Made by a program: the position numbers and the translations under genes. From the human T2T-CHM13v2.0 reference genome, Homo sapiens, in assembly GCF_009914755.1 (NCBI RefSeq), contig NC_060934.1: a stretch of DNA of 64,000 nt. One strand, 5' to 3'. Shown piece by piece: positions 43,214-57,267 of this stretch (position 1 is the first letter of the stretch; every line of letters begins with the position of its first letter). Under the pieces are notes generated by a model. It made no database searches and was not told the origin of the DNA. It saw only the letters and a list, made by a program, of their open reading frames with translations.

Positions 43214-45472
43214 TAACCTAGTGCTGTTAAGTCCTGGGGCACTTGCTTTTCTGTTTCAAGTTCATTATTAAAACTAGTTCTATTCTCTCTCTTTTATGTA
43301 TGATAATAAGTTAGGTTTAAATGCAGTTTATTTTAAATGCAATCTATGTTTGTGAGATTAGAATCAATTGTTAAAGGTTAGAAATTTTTGTATTCAGATG
43401 CAAAATAGTCCACACGCAGGCTCTACTGAAATATGACTTCCCTTTAGTCCCTTTCCTGGTGAGAAGCTACCACAGTTCTCCAGATATGTTACTGCCAGCT
43501 ATACAAGAGGAAGTCTAACCCGTGCAGCCTGATAATCAAATATTTAAGGCTGTTCAACTGCCTCTATCCCATCTCATGCTCCTGCCAACTTACCTATCTA
43601 GATTTCCTTTCTACAGTATTCCTGGAACACAGGAATGAGCACTGTACCTTTATTCATGCTGTTATCTCTACTTGGAGTTTTTTGTTTGTTTGTTTGTTTT
43701 TCAATTCCAATGCCTGCCTAGTTTTCAAGGTTCAGCTTATTGTTTACTTCTTGCCAAATTCCCAAACTACTATAATCCCATATAATTTTCTCTTTTCTCC
43801 GAATTCTAAGACACTAACATTCCATTTGAAAATATCTATACTTGATTGTGGGAAGGCTCTTACTTTTCTATAAATGAATCATTACCCTTTTCTTATATTC
43901 CAAAGACCGTAAGTGGAAAATTTATAAAGAAATCACTACAACATGGAAAGGAACTCACCGTGCATTTGGTTAGGCTTTTAAAGGTCATGTTCAGCCACAT
44001 CTTTTTAACAGTAAAAGGACTAAGATGCTGAGCAGTTTATAACCAAGGGAGTGGGCAGTCACACCGGTGTGCTCTGTTCTACATAAGTAAAGCATTCCCG
44101 CCTATAGCATCCCTTCCCTACCAAAACAGGAGAGCTGCCAAGATGCTCACTTAGAACAGTTGTTGGTTTGTGTACAAGTGTTAAGTATGGGTTTGTTCTT
44201 TTTCTTTTATATTTTTTTGAGGGAAAGAAGAAGGAAGAATGGAAGGGGACTGGAAAAGCTGTATTTATTTATAATCAAACATATCCTTATTTGATAACAG
44301 ATGACCAATTAAAGCAATGTGTGAAACTTGAACAGCATTCTGTCAAAAAGCAAAGAAATTAGCAGAGCTCATAGCAATCAGCACTTCTTGCAAACTGCAA
44401 GAGTCCCCTCTAAAGCCTTCTGTCTTGGCACTGGGGCTTTGCTAAATAGGGCTCACCATTTTGCGAGTGGGAACAATCAGCTTTGTAGGTGGTAGGGAAG
44501 TATTATAATTAAATGTCCACCCACTTTTTCCTTTCTGATGAAAGGCTCCCATGAAACTTACTAAAATAAGGTACATAAAGATAGATGAATTTTTGATGAG
44601 TAAGTCAAAGCACCGACAAACCTGGCTTTCCACATAGAGAAAATTCTTTAATTTATAGAAAAATTTCGGCCTAGATCATTAATACTGTCATATTTAATAA
44701 CTAATACGATAAAATCCATAGGGTAACTGGAGATTTCACTGTTTTCGTTGGTAGTGATTGTAGTGCTCAGCATGAATTGACTTGCAGAAAACAAATATAA
44801 TTCAAAAAAAGAGTGAAATTTTTCAAAATTGATTTTAGAGAAATATTAAGTGATAGCCATTTAATCATAATAGCCTTTTTAATAATAAATAATGCATTTA
44901 TTGAATGTAATGGCATTCTTCCGAATAATAGTTATAGTACCACTTTAAGGTTAGAAACTATATCTCTGATATAGCAAAGGGCTTGAAAGATGTTATTGAA
45001 TTGTCAGAAACTTTTTATGAGGGAGCTCTGGAACAGAGTCTATAGAGTCTGCTTTTGATAATTAATGGTAATGGCATTTACTAAAATCACTGTGAATAAT
45101 TAATTTTAAGTACTTATATGCAGTAGAGTAGGGAGCTTCTCTGCTTTATAACTGAGCTCAGACATATATTTCAAGTCCAGTTACTAGCATTCACAAAGTC
45201 AATATTTTAGAAAGAAAAAGAAATTAAAATTAATTGGTACTATGAATGTTTTCCTTCATTCAATGTGGATTTATTGGGCATGAGCTGTATAGACTTTGCT
45301 ATCAGAGGAGCCTCAAAGCAATAATCCTCTCTAGAACTAATGAATATTTTTATTTTTAAGCTAAATTTCATATTTTTATCTTCCTGTTCAATAGATTTTA
45401 TTGGCAGAAGCCAGTAGAGATAACGGTGCCCTAAATCACCAACAAGGTGAGATCAAAGTACTGGGGAGGATA

Positions 45473-45512
45473 TGAACACATTTGTCATTAATTGAACACA
45501 TTTGTCATTCAT
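45473..45512. repeat. 20-bp tandem duplication
   Basis: tgaacacatttgtcattMat twice. Confidence 0.9.
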
Positions 45513-45769
45513 TGCTAATCACTATGTGAAGATGACTTTTAAAATACTCCTGACGACTTCTTATCCTTCCCCACTGTGGTTCTGTGGATCCAAGAACACA
45601 GAGTAACTGGATGCTCAAAGTAGGAAAAGTTTGCATAATAGGTACTCAGCTCAGCATAACTAAGATAAAATTAGCCACAAAGATCTAGATTCTCCAGTTA
45701 CTGGCACTATCCAGGGTTTTATAACCATCATTACCCATGATCATTTTATAGTAAACTACAATAATAGAT

Positions 45770-45836
45770 GTGGTGACACATCTGAGGTCTCCTCCTGTAT
45801 TATTAGTATAGCGGGACACCTCAGATGTGTCACCAC
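45770..45836. repeat. Perfect 19-bp inverted repeat with a 29-nt partly pairable spacer (hairpin)
   Basis: gtggtgacacatctgaggt (45770-45788) is the exact reverse complement of acctcagatgtgtcaccac (45818-45836). Confidence 0.95.
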
Positions 45837-46535
45837 CAAGGAACAGGCATGTTCAGACCAAATTCTTCGGCCACTGTCCTCCTCATTCCCGTTTGTTTTT
45901 TTGAATTCCCCAGAACTTCTTGTTTTTCAAATTATTACCCACATACTTTTTTAATATTTCATTTTCTGCTTTGTGTTTAGTCCTACTTTTTACTATCTTT
46001 TTGTAAAAGTTACACGTTAACCATTATTTAAAGAGTTCCTTTAACAGTGTGGAGGTTTTCTTCAAAGACTTGATAGAAATCTTTAAATATGGGCTTTTTT
46101 CTCATTTAAGTCTTACTTCAACATGTTCACTGATTTTAGATTTCTCTGACAAACATGGTTGAGGTATCAAAACAAAGACATGTTGATAATAGCTTTTTCT
46201 CAAAGTCATTTAGAATGTAAGACTTTCTGCCGTGCTATGTCAAATTGCCCAACTTGGGAATAAGATGAGTGTATGTGCATGTCTGTGGGGTGGGGTGGTA
46301 GGGAGCAAGGAAGTAGGGGATTGGTAAATAGTCTATACAAGGAGAACTCATATTGTCCTCTAAAACTGATATATTTAGGCTCTCCTATTTTCCAGGAGTC
46401 TATCATAGACACTTCTGTCTCAATGTTTGTAGTAAATTACTGATGATTTTCTCTGTTGCTTTGGTTAGGAAGATCCTTTCAAAAACAGATTTTTCTGGGA
46501 GATAAATGCAGTACTTTTTCTTCTTCATGAGATAA

Positions 46536-46544
46536 ACACACACA

Positions 46545-46598
<54 letters not shown>

Positions 46599-46622
46599 GA
46601 AAGAGAGAAAGAGAGAGAGAGA
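46536..46622. repeat. Compound (CA)n(GA)n microsatellite
   Basis: Direct read. Confidence 0.95.
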
Positions 46623-46819
46623 AACAACCTAGTGTGCAAGCAGTATGCCTAAAAATCATTTTTATTTTCTCCTGTTATAGGAATCTATAAGTCTGTAAGT
46701 CTCTCAGTTGAAAAAAAAAATTGTTACATCATAGAATTTAAGAAACTTGGAATGACCTTAGATATTATCCTGTCTAACTTTCACTTTATAGATAAAGCAA
46801 ATGAAACCCTGAGAAGAGT

Positions 46820-47297
46820 AGTGACCACAAATACTTTGCTATTCCTTCTATTGAGAAATGTAGTCTCACTGCTCCCTTTTCCTGTGTCTGGGCAGTCTCT
46901 GTAATTGGTTTGACCAATAGAATACAAATGACAACTGCAACTTCCTAATTCTTGCTTGCATTTGGGACTTCTCATCTCAGAACCCAACCACCATGCTGTG
47001 AAAAGCTGAAGCTACATGAAGAAGCCATGTATTGATGCACCAGTCGACAACCACAGCTAAGCCCCCAACTGACAGTTAACGCACTTCCAGTCATGTGAAT
47101 ATGCCATTTAGCATGTCCGGACTAGGCCAACCTTTGGCAGGCTCCATTCCCTGCCAGTATGTGACAGCAATCACACGAGAAACCTTAAGCAAAAATTGCC
47201 CAGCTCTTCCCAGTCAACCCATAGATTAGTGAGAGATAACAAATAGTTGCTTTAAATTTCAGGATGGTTTGTTATATACTAAAAGCTCATCAGAAAT
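46820..47297 (+). mobile_element. MLT1H-like MaLR LTR, apparently nested in a reverse MIR
   Basis: 'ttgaccaatagaat', 'agaacccaaccaccatgctgtga', 'cccagtcaacccatagattagtgagagataa', 'ggatggtttgttat'. Confidence 0.75.
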
Positions 47298-47569
47298 GAA
47301 AGTGACTTAGACCAAAACTTCTAAGCATTACCAGAGTGAAAACCAGAACTCAAATATCACCCCAAACCTCGTATAATCTCATTATAATGTGTTAAGGAAA
47401 CATGTCGAGTTAAATGAGATCCAGTTTCAGTCTCCCAATAGTTCATAATTCCAAAAGATTTTATTCTTTCAAAATTCACATGGAATGCAGAATTTCCAAA
47501 ATTCTTGAACTTTAAAACAAATTCTTAGAGCTGTGTCTACATAACAGTAAACCATCATTTGGTATAAGG

Positions 47570-47790
47570 TAGCATTCCCAAGTGTTCCTCGAAGGTAGTG
47601 TCTTAGTAATGTGCCATGAAAGAAAGAGAGATAAGCTGATTTAATTTGTTTAAACTAAATTAAAGAGGTCTCTTTGCTTCAGGATTTTTCAAGAATGTAA
47701 ATTTTCCAAGAGGAGCTACAGATAGTACTTATTTTCTGAGAATTGTTCGACCAAGGCACCCTTCTTCATCAAAAAACTAAACTGAGAAAT
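47570..47790. mobile_element. hAT-Charlie MITE fragment (MER103/MER113-like)
   Basis: 'taaactaaattaaagaggtctctttgcttcaggatttttcaaga...ttccaagagg...ttcgaccaaggcaccc'. Confidence 0.45.
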
Positions 47791-48086
47791 AGGAAGAGGA
47801 ATTCAACTTTGTCAGCATAAACCAAGTTTTGCTTTCAGAGGATTTCATAAAAAGAAGTTGTTTTCATAATTTGGTGTGTCTTCAGCTTAGAGAACACATT
47901 TTTAGATAACACTTTTATGACTGTCAGGGACTGTGCTTAGTTATGTCTTTTACAACCTGTTCCCATTTCTTCCCGCCTTACTTTTAACATTCTTTGGTGT
48001 CTACAGTTAATAAATCTTTCTGGAATGTGTAGACGAAGGAATAAATAAAAGCAGATAAATAATAAATAATTCAATTAATTAAAAAT

Positions 48087-48173
48087 TATCCTGAAATGTT
48101 TCATTAACAATGTCAATGACTATGAAGAGGCCCAAAGGTTTTTGAGTCAACCTCTCATTTAGTTTAATAACCT
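48087..48173 (+). repeat. Dispersed duplicate, copy 1 (partner at 50714-50801)
   Basis: First 37 nt are identical to the partner, with further 22-nt and shorter identical blocks. Confidence 0.93.
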
Positions 48174-50400
48174 GGAAATTAGCTCCAACTCTAATTAGCT
48201 TGGTTTGGGTTATATATCTTTATTTACATCTAAGGCCAATTGAAATTGTAACACTTGCCATATCTAACAGAGTTCTTGGGAAATTCAAAGAAGATTTCAA
48301 AGTTGGAGGTGGAACGGCTTTGGGCTACAAAAATTGTAGCAATCATGTATTCATCCACTCCTTTCATCTTCTAGTTCTGGAGATTGAGATCCAGAAAGAG
48401 AGTTTATAGCGCAAATGCTAGCTGCATTGGAAACCTCCTCCCCATGGATCCACGTTAAAGATGTTAGGAAAGTTCTCTTTTTCAGTAGATGTTATATTGA
48501 ATGGTGTGATTCTAATTCACGTGCTGATTATTAGACAGACTATTTACAAGCATTTGGGCCGTAAAAACATATTTCACCACAGAATTCATGACTGGTATAG
48601 GAAGGTGTGGCAGTCAAAACATTTAATAACCCATATGGCATGGCCACTGACAACCAGAGTAGACACCAGCAATGAACAACTGGTGCAGCCATGCTGATGA
48701 GTATGAGCCATACTGAATATCATCTGAGATCTATGGATCTAGTAGATAACATTTCCCACTTCTTGCCACTGGTTTGTGGCCTTGTGAATACTGTCATCTT
48801 ATTTGTATTAGAAATTCCTCCATTCAGGCTGTCTCTTAAATATACTTGTGTTATTGACATCCATAATACAGTAAGTTCTATTATCTCTCTCCTGGGAAGC
48901 TATCAGCACTTCACAGCTCCTTCAGCAATATGCTATCCTGTTCCAAAAATCATGGTGCATTCCCATGTCTCTAGTTTCCAAGCAGAGGGAATAATAGTTT
49001 TATGGTCTTCTTTTGCCCCTGTGGGGACATGAGCCAGTTCACTACCCCTACTTACTTATTCCTGGATATCTCTACCCTGTATATTCCTATATTCTTGTTC
49101 TGTAGTCATGCTACATAGTTAAATATGACTTGAAAGGCTGACAGAGTAATGCAGCTACAAAAAGATGGCAGAGAAATAATAAAATAATATGTGATAGAGT
49201 ATTTGATACTTTTAAGTCAGAATGGGAAGAAAATATTTGTAAGGATAAATCAAAGTATTCTGCATTTAGCCAGTTCCTTTGTGAAGCTCTAATAAAATAT
49301 GCGTTTAAAAAATAAGACAAGCCAATGTGGAGTGATCTATACAATCGGACATATACACCTTCATATTACTTTGGCCAGACTCTGCTGTATTTGTAACACG
49401 GTGTCAAAAGTTTTTATTTAGGTACAATTCAACCATAAATGGAGAATGGGAGCCTCATTCTCCTGGACTTTAGTGAGTTACAGTTCTAGCATGCTTACCT
49501 CTACAAGCCTGCTGGTGTGTTCATGAAATATCGCAGCATATTCTTTTATTTCCTTTTCCCGGCCATTCTTAGCAGCTTCAATGAGAACCAAAAGAGGGAC
49601 TGTCGTATCCAGGAAAGAGTCTGACACATGATCTATAATAGCCTTGCGGAGCTGAGAAGAAATGAAAAATTCAGGTTTTTTTTTTCCAGGAAATAGTTCA
49701 CTGTGTTTCCTTTTCTTACAATCTCAGTAGTTACACAACTCATTTTTCATTTTTGCACAATTCCTAAAATCACAATACTTAAAGATATACAAGAATGTCC
49801 CTTAAGAAACTAAAAAACAAAATATCCAGGCAAAAAGAAAAAATCATCTAGCAATATTTCCTTTCCTCTCAAAAGTAATTTTTCTTAAGTTGTATTTAAC
49901 CTGGAAGTCAGATTAAAAATGGTAATACTTTCTTTTTTGCTCAAAGAAATTGTGTTATTAGAATATTTATGAGTGTGTACACATAATATTGTACATCTTG
50001 TATTTTTATAATTACAAATTATAGAATGTTTTCTACCTTGTTGGAGGAACTGATGATAAATTTTGATTAGCTAAATTGTAGACTTCATAGTAATTAAGCC
50101 AAGTTAGATCACCGATTATGCCAGTTGATAACAGATTAATAGAGCAAGAAGAATAATAAATGAGTTTGATGTCCAATTTTCCCCATTTGCATTCATTGTT
50201 CTTGCCCTCACACTTTAAATTATTAAACAACTATAACATTCTGCTACAATTAGTTCTTTTCAATTAGATTACATGTAAGCTTATTAATGACAATTAGGCA
50301 ATTACTCTAGTCAGCAGATATTTTCTGAGATTTAAAACTGCACTGAAAAATTAATTCATTGTGTTTATATAATATCAAGTCTTTAAAGATCATAATATCG

Positions 50401-50801
<401 letters not shown>

Positions 50802-51427
50802 CTGTACAATAAAACAGATAAATAGCTGTCAGACAGAAAAATGTAATTTTTCTGTCAAAGTTACATTTTAGAGTATTTTTTTAAACGAATAGACACTTAG
50901 TTTAGTTTTAGATTACTTGGGAATGAATAGTAATACATTTTGGGAGAGCTGAATGATAGAGCTACATAGAAAGTACTGTCTTCTATAATGATCATAGAAT
51001 AATAAATCCATAATAATTACAGGTTTCTGGAAGAAAAATATCTCTGCCCAAAATAGTGAGCTTGCTCAGAAGCATTGTGAAATTTTCTGACTATCAACAA
51101 TTTAAGAAAGGCTTCAGGAAGATCCCCAAGGAAGGATTCTGCTTAGTATGCAGAAAGGCAAATTACTAGTGGCAACTAATATTTACTGAGCACTTATTAG
51201 GACAAAGTATAGAGTGCTAAGGGGTTACAAGGCAAAGGGGAGACCTTAACTGAATGAATAATGTGTTTGCTGTCTATAGGAAGTACACCAGGGAAGTCAG
51301 GCATAAGGTCACGAATTTATTTGAGCTGGGAACTACAGGTTGTGTAAGTTTCAGATACTGAAGAGAAAAGTAGAGATTCCTTCTAATTTCTCAGAGTGGG
51401 GGCATTTTTTAATGATTATCCTCCCCT

Positions 51428-51506
51428 TTATTCTTTTCTTCTTTCATTCATAATTAGGACATGTAGATTATTCTTTTCTTCTTTCATTCTAATTGAGACA
51501 TGTAGA
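51428..51506. repeat. ~40-bp tandem duplication
   Basis: ttattcttttcttctttcattc(a)taatt..gacatgtaga twice. Confidence 0.9.
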
Positions 51507-51509
51507 AGG

Positions 51510-52260
51510 AAAGCTCAGATGAAATCTACACTAGAGATATGCCATGAAGGGCCAGCATATGGGAACTAACTCAAGCGGAGAGTGTGGATGAGACCATATA
51601 GAGTGAGGAGACCCACAGAGGACCTCTTAGGAAACACTATCATTTACAGGAGTCATGATTAAAGAGTAGGGCCTAAAAAGAGACTGAGATAATAGCCAAG
51701 AAACAAAGAGACAAATTACCCACAACTAAAAGACAAACTTTCAAATATATCTCTTTGTTAATGCTCTTCAAATGTAGTTATCCTACCAAACATAACTATA
51801 ATATTCCCATCATGGACTTGTTAAATCTTCTCTTCTGTGTAAATGATTTCATTCAATTCAGTAAATATTTCTGGAAACCATTTCCTCACCTTTCTACCAA
51901 GAGAAAGGTATTGAAGGAAATGTTAAGATGGAAATTCATGATCCCTTATAATCTAGTAGAAGAGTGAATATTACAATAATACATTAAACATTACAATAAA
52001 GAAAAACTTAGAGACTGACAGCAAAAAAAAATTAGAGTCAAATTTTAAAGATAAATTAAATTAAAAAAAAGGAATGAGACTTGTCCCTTGGGCTTGAATA
52101 CTAAGAGGTTATTGATAAACTTGGTAAGAGCAGTTTCAGTGGAAAAGTGGGCTGAAGAGTCCTATTGCTATGGTTTGAAGAGTGAATGAGAGATAAGGCA
52201 GTAAAGACAGTGAGTATAAACTTCTGTTTTTAATAATTTGATTGTGACATGAAGAAGCAA
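51510..52260 (-). mobile_element. L2 fragments
   Basis: 'gtggatgagacc', 'ttggtaagagcagtttcagtgga', 'gtttgaagagtgaatgagag...agacagtgagtataaac' resemble antisense L2. Confidence 0.6.
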
Positions 52261-52699
52261 GACTTGGTATTTACTACTCTGAGATATATGTTTAAAGAGT
52301 GCCTGTTTTTCATATAAAGACTTCACTATAATTTCCCATCTGCAACTATAGCCAAAAAGTCTTATTACTCCCCTTTGCTTTGCTGGAAATACATATTGAT
52401 TTATTGCCAAAGCAAGAATAACAGGTGAAAAAGAACTATTGTCTCACATTGTGCCAACTTTTGTCATCTTTTCGTCCCATGACAGAAGGAAATGCCCAGA
52501 AATCAGTGACTTGAGCTGGATGTGAATGAAACCTTTAGGAGCTAGCACATGGTCAGATGCAGGGAGGTATCTCTCCCACTGAAATCATCTTAACCCATGC
52601 AAAAAACAAAGTGTAACTAATTCAACCAACCCACAATATTCTCACCAGTCCCTGTCTAACTTGCTGGTTCCTGATCCTTTACCTTCACTATTATGAACT

Positions 52700-53198
52700 A
52701 CATTATAGACTTTTGGTGCCTTATATCTCATCCTCTGGATCTATCTCTGATTTCAGCTTTTGCTGGGGGGAACAGTTCCATGTCCTCTGAAGACATTCCA
52801 TGCTTCTTGTGTGCCTTCCTTGTGTCTCTTTGTTATTCTATCTCAGGGCCTGTTCCAAGTCTCTGTGAAATTCTCAACCCAGCATAAACACTGCCTGGAA
52901 GTTCTTCAGCATCCACACCACTGGGGGAAACCCTCAACCTATGGGGATAGAAACTACTGCATAAAATTCCTAGCCTCCATCCATTAGTCAGACAATTCTG
53001 GGAAACATTCTGTTATTCTCAGAGATCCTCAAGCTCTCATTGCCTACAGCAGCAATCTCAATAGCATATCATTTCCTCTTTCCCTGCCTCGCTTTTCATG
53101 TTCTATAACACTTGCTTCCAGGAATCACCTCCTAAATAAATGACCTGCACTAAGGTCCTAGTTTTAGTCACTGCTTTCAGGAAAACCCATCTAAACAG
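52700..53198 (+). mobile_element. LTR16-family (ERVL) solo LTR
   Basis: 3' end 'tgcttccaggaatcacctcctaaataaatgacctgcac...ctgctttcaggaaaacccatctaaaca'. Confidence 0.7.
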
Positions 53199-54799
53199 GT
53201 ACCTTTGTCTGGTATTAATGTTGTTTGATCATGCACCAAGTAAGAGACTCCAATGTCTTATGTAAACTACTCATTGCTAATTATACTCTACTACCTTGGC
53301 TCTGTACATCACTGGGTTTTGTTCTGCCATGCCCTGAATTATACTCACTGTAAAAGAGGAATTATTATGAGACAGGACTAGAAATGTAGGTAGGGACAAG
53401 ATGTGAAAGGACTAGAATGTTATGCTAAGCAATTTTCATTATATGTTCTGGCATATTCATATGGAATTGTTTTCATTAAATTGTATAGTCATATATACCT
53501 ACATATAATAGCAAAGTAGCCTCTATCTTATTTATTTCCATATTATTTTCCTGCCCAGTGGCACAATGCATTCCTTTCAGTTGGGTGATATACAAAAAGT
53601 TTAAAGAAGAATGCAATATGCCAATACAGAAATGGAAGCCAAAGCACTAAAATCTGAAGTTAGTGGGAGGCCAATAGGAATTACAGGTACATACTTTCAA
53701 TAAATACCTGTTTGTGGCCAGGCATGAAAGATGTTAGAACAAAACCAAACTGAGGTGCTTTTCATCTTTTCTCACTACAGTTTAATAAAAGGCTTTGAGA
53801 CATCAATTTTTCTATTTCCTACTGATGTAAGTGGTTTGGGATCTCAAAATAATATATATCACTACAATTGAAGCCCAAAGTGAAAGCCCTATGTGAAAAG
53901 TCTAAAAAAGCCCCACCATTCCCACCAAATGAAGGAACAGAAAGAATGAAATTGTGATGGGAAGGGGAATGGAAAGGGGAGAAAGTGTTTCAGAAAGGAA
54001 TCATCTTCAGGGAAACAGAAAAACACATTTAGACTAAAATATTTTATGTTAAAATATTGTATTAAATTTTAATAAACAGTATTTAAATTTTAATAAATAT
54101 TTTAAATTAAAAGCCATTTTAATTTAAATCAAATAGCAAAATGTGATTTTCAAAGCTTGGAATTAAATGTACTAATAATTATTTCACTGTGTATGTACTA
54201 TGTAAGTTTAGTGAAACTTGTCTCTTGTGGATACATAATGTTATTTGATGATGAGGATGATGACCAGGAGGTATAAAAGCCTACATATTTTTTTCTGAGT
54301 GGTGAACTGGTACTATGCAACATGGAAGAGAGATGGACCTAACAATTCAGAAACTCAGCAACTAAAGAATTAATCAAGTTTTTGTTTTGTCTGTTTTTAC
54401 CAAAATCCCATTTGACATACTTCATCTTTACTTTGATATTTATGAAATAAAAGACATTTTTCTTAATATACACAAATACAAATTTTAGCCTGCCTTTAGT
54501 GAAATCAAATATATTTTAGTATGTATAGTAAACTAGAAATAAGATATATTTGTTGCTTAAATTTTTTTATAAAGTAAAGAATGTTTAAAAAGTCTTCCTC
54601 CTTTTACTGAGAGAGTTGCAATAGGTATACAGTTTTCAAATGAATGACGGAAAAAGAGGCTAAAGAAAGAAGAAAATTTAACTTTAAAAAGGCATTTAAA
54701 ACAAATAATAAAGAAAATAATATATGATGGTAAAATCAGTGTATTAGGCACTGGGAGGTTCTGAAAGTGAATAGGCCATAATCCCTAGCCCCTGGTGTG

Positions 54800-55030
54800 G
54801 TGATTACACATATGGGCTGGGGTTGGATGGACCTGGGCTAGAACTGTGTCTCTATCACGTAGCTGGGTGATGTTTGCTATGTTAACTCATTTTGGGGGAC
54901 AAAGATAACAATACCATGGCATTATTTATTGTTTTAGGAATAAAAATTAATAATGTAATGAATATGCTTGGTAGAGAGCTTTGCAAAGCATTTAGTAAAT
55001 GAGAGATGTTGTCATAGCTATCATTATAAG
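54800..55030 (+). mobile_element. MIR fragment
   Basis: 'gggctggggttggatggacctgggctagaactgtgtctctatcacgtagctgggtga'. Confidence 0.55.
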
Positions 55031-55363
55031 GACTTAAAATTCAGTGGGAAGAAAACTCATTACAAAAGAAAAAAATAGAAGAATATAATCATTGCTGTAA
55101 TATGCACATGCTGTAAGTGTTCCAGGAAGAAAAAGGTCCATTCCAGCTGGTGAAAACAGCAAAGGTTTCATGGAAGCAATAGCATTTACACTACTCTGGA
55201 ATTTAGTTGCTTATGAGTTGGGGTTGTGTGTAAGGAGAGTGAGTGGGGAAGGCATCAAGCGTACAAGTCATATGTACAAAGATGCAAGTGTATTTGAGCG
55301 GGAAGTGATGCAAATTCTGGTAAATAACAAGTAGATTCTTTCATCAGAAAACAGGTTAATGTG

Positions 55364-55763
<400 letters not shown>

Positions 55764-56404
55764 TTAAGTCAGGGCCAAATCACAGAGAACCTAGAACACC
55801 ATGCCAAGAACATTTGTCTTTGTTCTCTAGTAAAACAGGCAAGAAAGTCACAGAGGAAGAAGATTGAAACAAATAAATACTCTCGCCTCCTAGAACATTC
55901 CATCTTGATGTCCTCAAATCTATAATTTGCTTCTCCTTAGATATTTCTAAGCAATCTCTGTCATTCCTCTTGGAAGAAATCCAATCACCCTCTGAACTGA
56001 AGCTGAAATGTTTCTGCATTACTGATAGAAAGGCCATGGTTAAGAAAGGGGATAAGGATGAATGGGCAGGAAGATGGGCTCTGCTTATTTTTTACTAAAA
56101 AAAGTTTTAAAAGATAAAACCAGTTCTAAAGCAAACGATGAACATTAAATACTCCAAAGAAAAACATTTTAAGGGCAGTGCTTTCTCTTTCCTGTGAGAA
56201 GAACTATATGTGAGATGCTTACAACAACTGTTGGATAAACTTCTTAAGAATAAGAAGTAGAGATAACTTATATTGCTGTTTTAATTAACTGTGACTTCTA
56301 CCAAAAATGTAAACATCAGGATGAAAAATAAAGTACTAGGGGGAGGGTAAGTGAGGATAATGAGAAAGAATCATAGCAACTAACTTCATCAAAACGGAAG
56401 ATCA

Positions 56405-56921
56405 TGGAGGTGTTCAAAGACAGCTTCTAACAATTCCATCCATTCCTGTACACACATACCACTTCTCCTACAACAGACAGAACTTCTGCCTACTCCTATT
56501 GAACTGGGACAGGGTTTTTGACTGTTTTTTACTTACAGATTATAGAGGAAATAGCATTCTCTGACTTTGGAGCTAAGGCACTAAGAATGCTTGTCAGCTT
56601 CCGTCTCCCTTTTCTTGGCAACTTGAAACAGCATGAAAGAGATCTAGGCTACCCTGCTAGAGATTGAAGCCACATGGAGAGGCCCTAAAACATTAGGCAC
56701 CGTATCGAGAGAGGGAACAGGAAGAAGCACTGAGGTTCCAAACATCAAGTCCCAAATCTAGCCACAGTTGCCATTTGACTGCCACTATGTGGAAAACCAC
56801 AAGTGAAAACGGTACAGAAAATGGCCCCGCTGACGCCCAGCCAACCCAAGACATCGTGAGATGCAAATATGGTTGCTACTGTTTGTGGTGGTTTGTTAAA
56901 CACTGATAGAAAATTGAAACA
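56405..56921 (+). mobile_element. MLT1G/H-like MaLR solo LTR
   Basis: 'aggctaccctgctagaga..gccacatggagaggccct', 'gccatttgactgc', 'cccagccaaccca', end 'ggtggtttgtta..gatagaaaattgaaaca'. Confidence 0.75.
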
Positions 56922-57080
56922 ATGGAGATGTTAACCTGTGAAACCATACAGAATGTTAATACCTTCAGAGCACAGCAGTTTTCTACAAGATGGGAGTATC
57001 TTCTTACTATGAAGAATAGTATTAGTAATCCCCAATGCTATTTCTATATCTCACTGATGGTAGTGAGGTGGAAATACAAG

Positions 57081-57267
57081 TAGGATTGCAATATAAAATA
57101 CAAGATGCTCGGTTACATTTGAATTTCAGATGAACAACTTTTTAAATATAAGTATGTACCATACAATATTTGGGACATAATTATACTAAACCATGTTTGT
57201 TGTTAATCTGAAATTCAAATTTAACTGGGTGCCTTGTGCTTTTATTTGCTAAATCTGGTAATTCCAC
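57081..57267. mobile_element. MER53 palindromic hAT MITE
   Basis: 'aaaatacaagatgctcggttacatttgaatttcagatgaacaa...atctgaaattcaaatttaactgggtg...gctaaatctggtaa'. Confidence 0.85.

Noticed and set aside
47590-47600. cgaaggtagtg matches the 5' part of Y RNA (RNY1)
   Set aside because: Only 11 nt match; the flanks do not continue the Y RNA sequence and it lies in a DNA-transposon-like fragment.
48540-49080. Possible ERVL/MaLR internal fragment, with ORFs at 48461 and 48691
   Set aside because: The resemblance is too vague to name a family without a Dfam search, and the ORFs are unrecognisable.
54062-54128. 12-bp inverted repeat tttaaattaaaa/ttttaatttaaa plus 15-bp direct repeats
   Set aside because: Pure A/T low-complexity sequence, where such matches are common.
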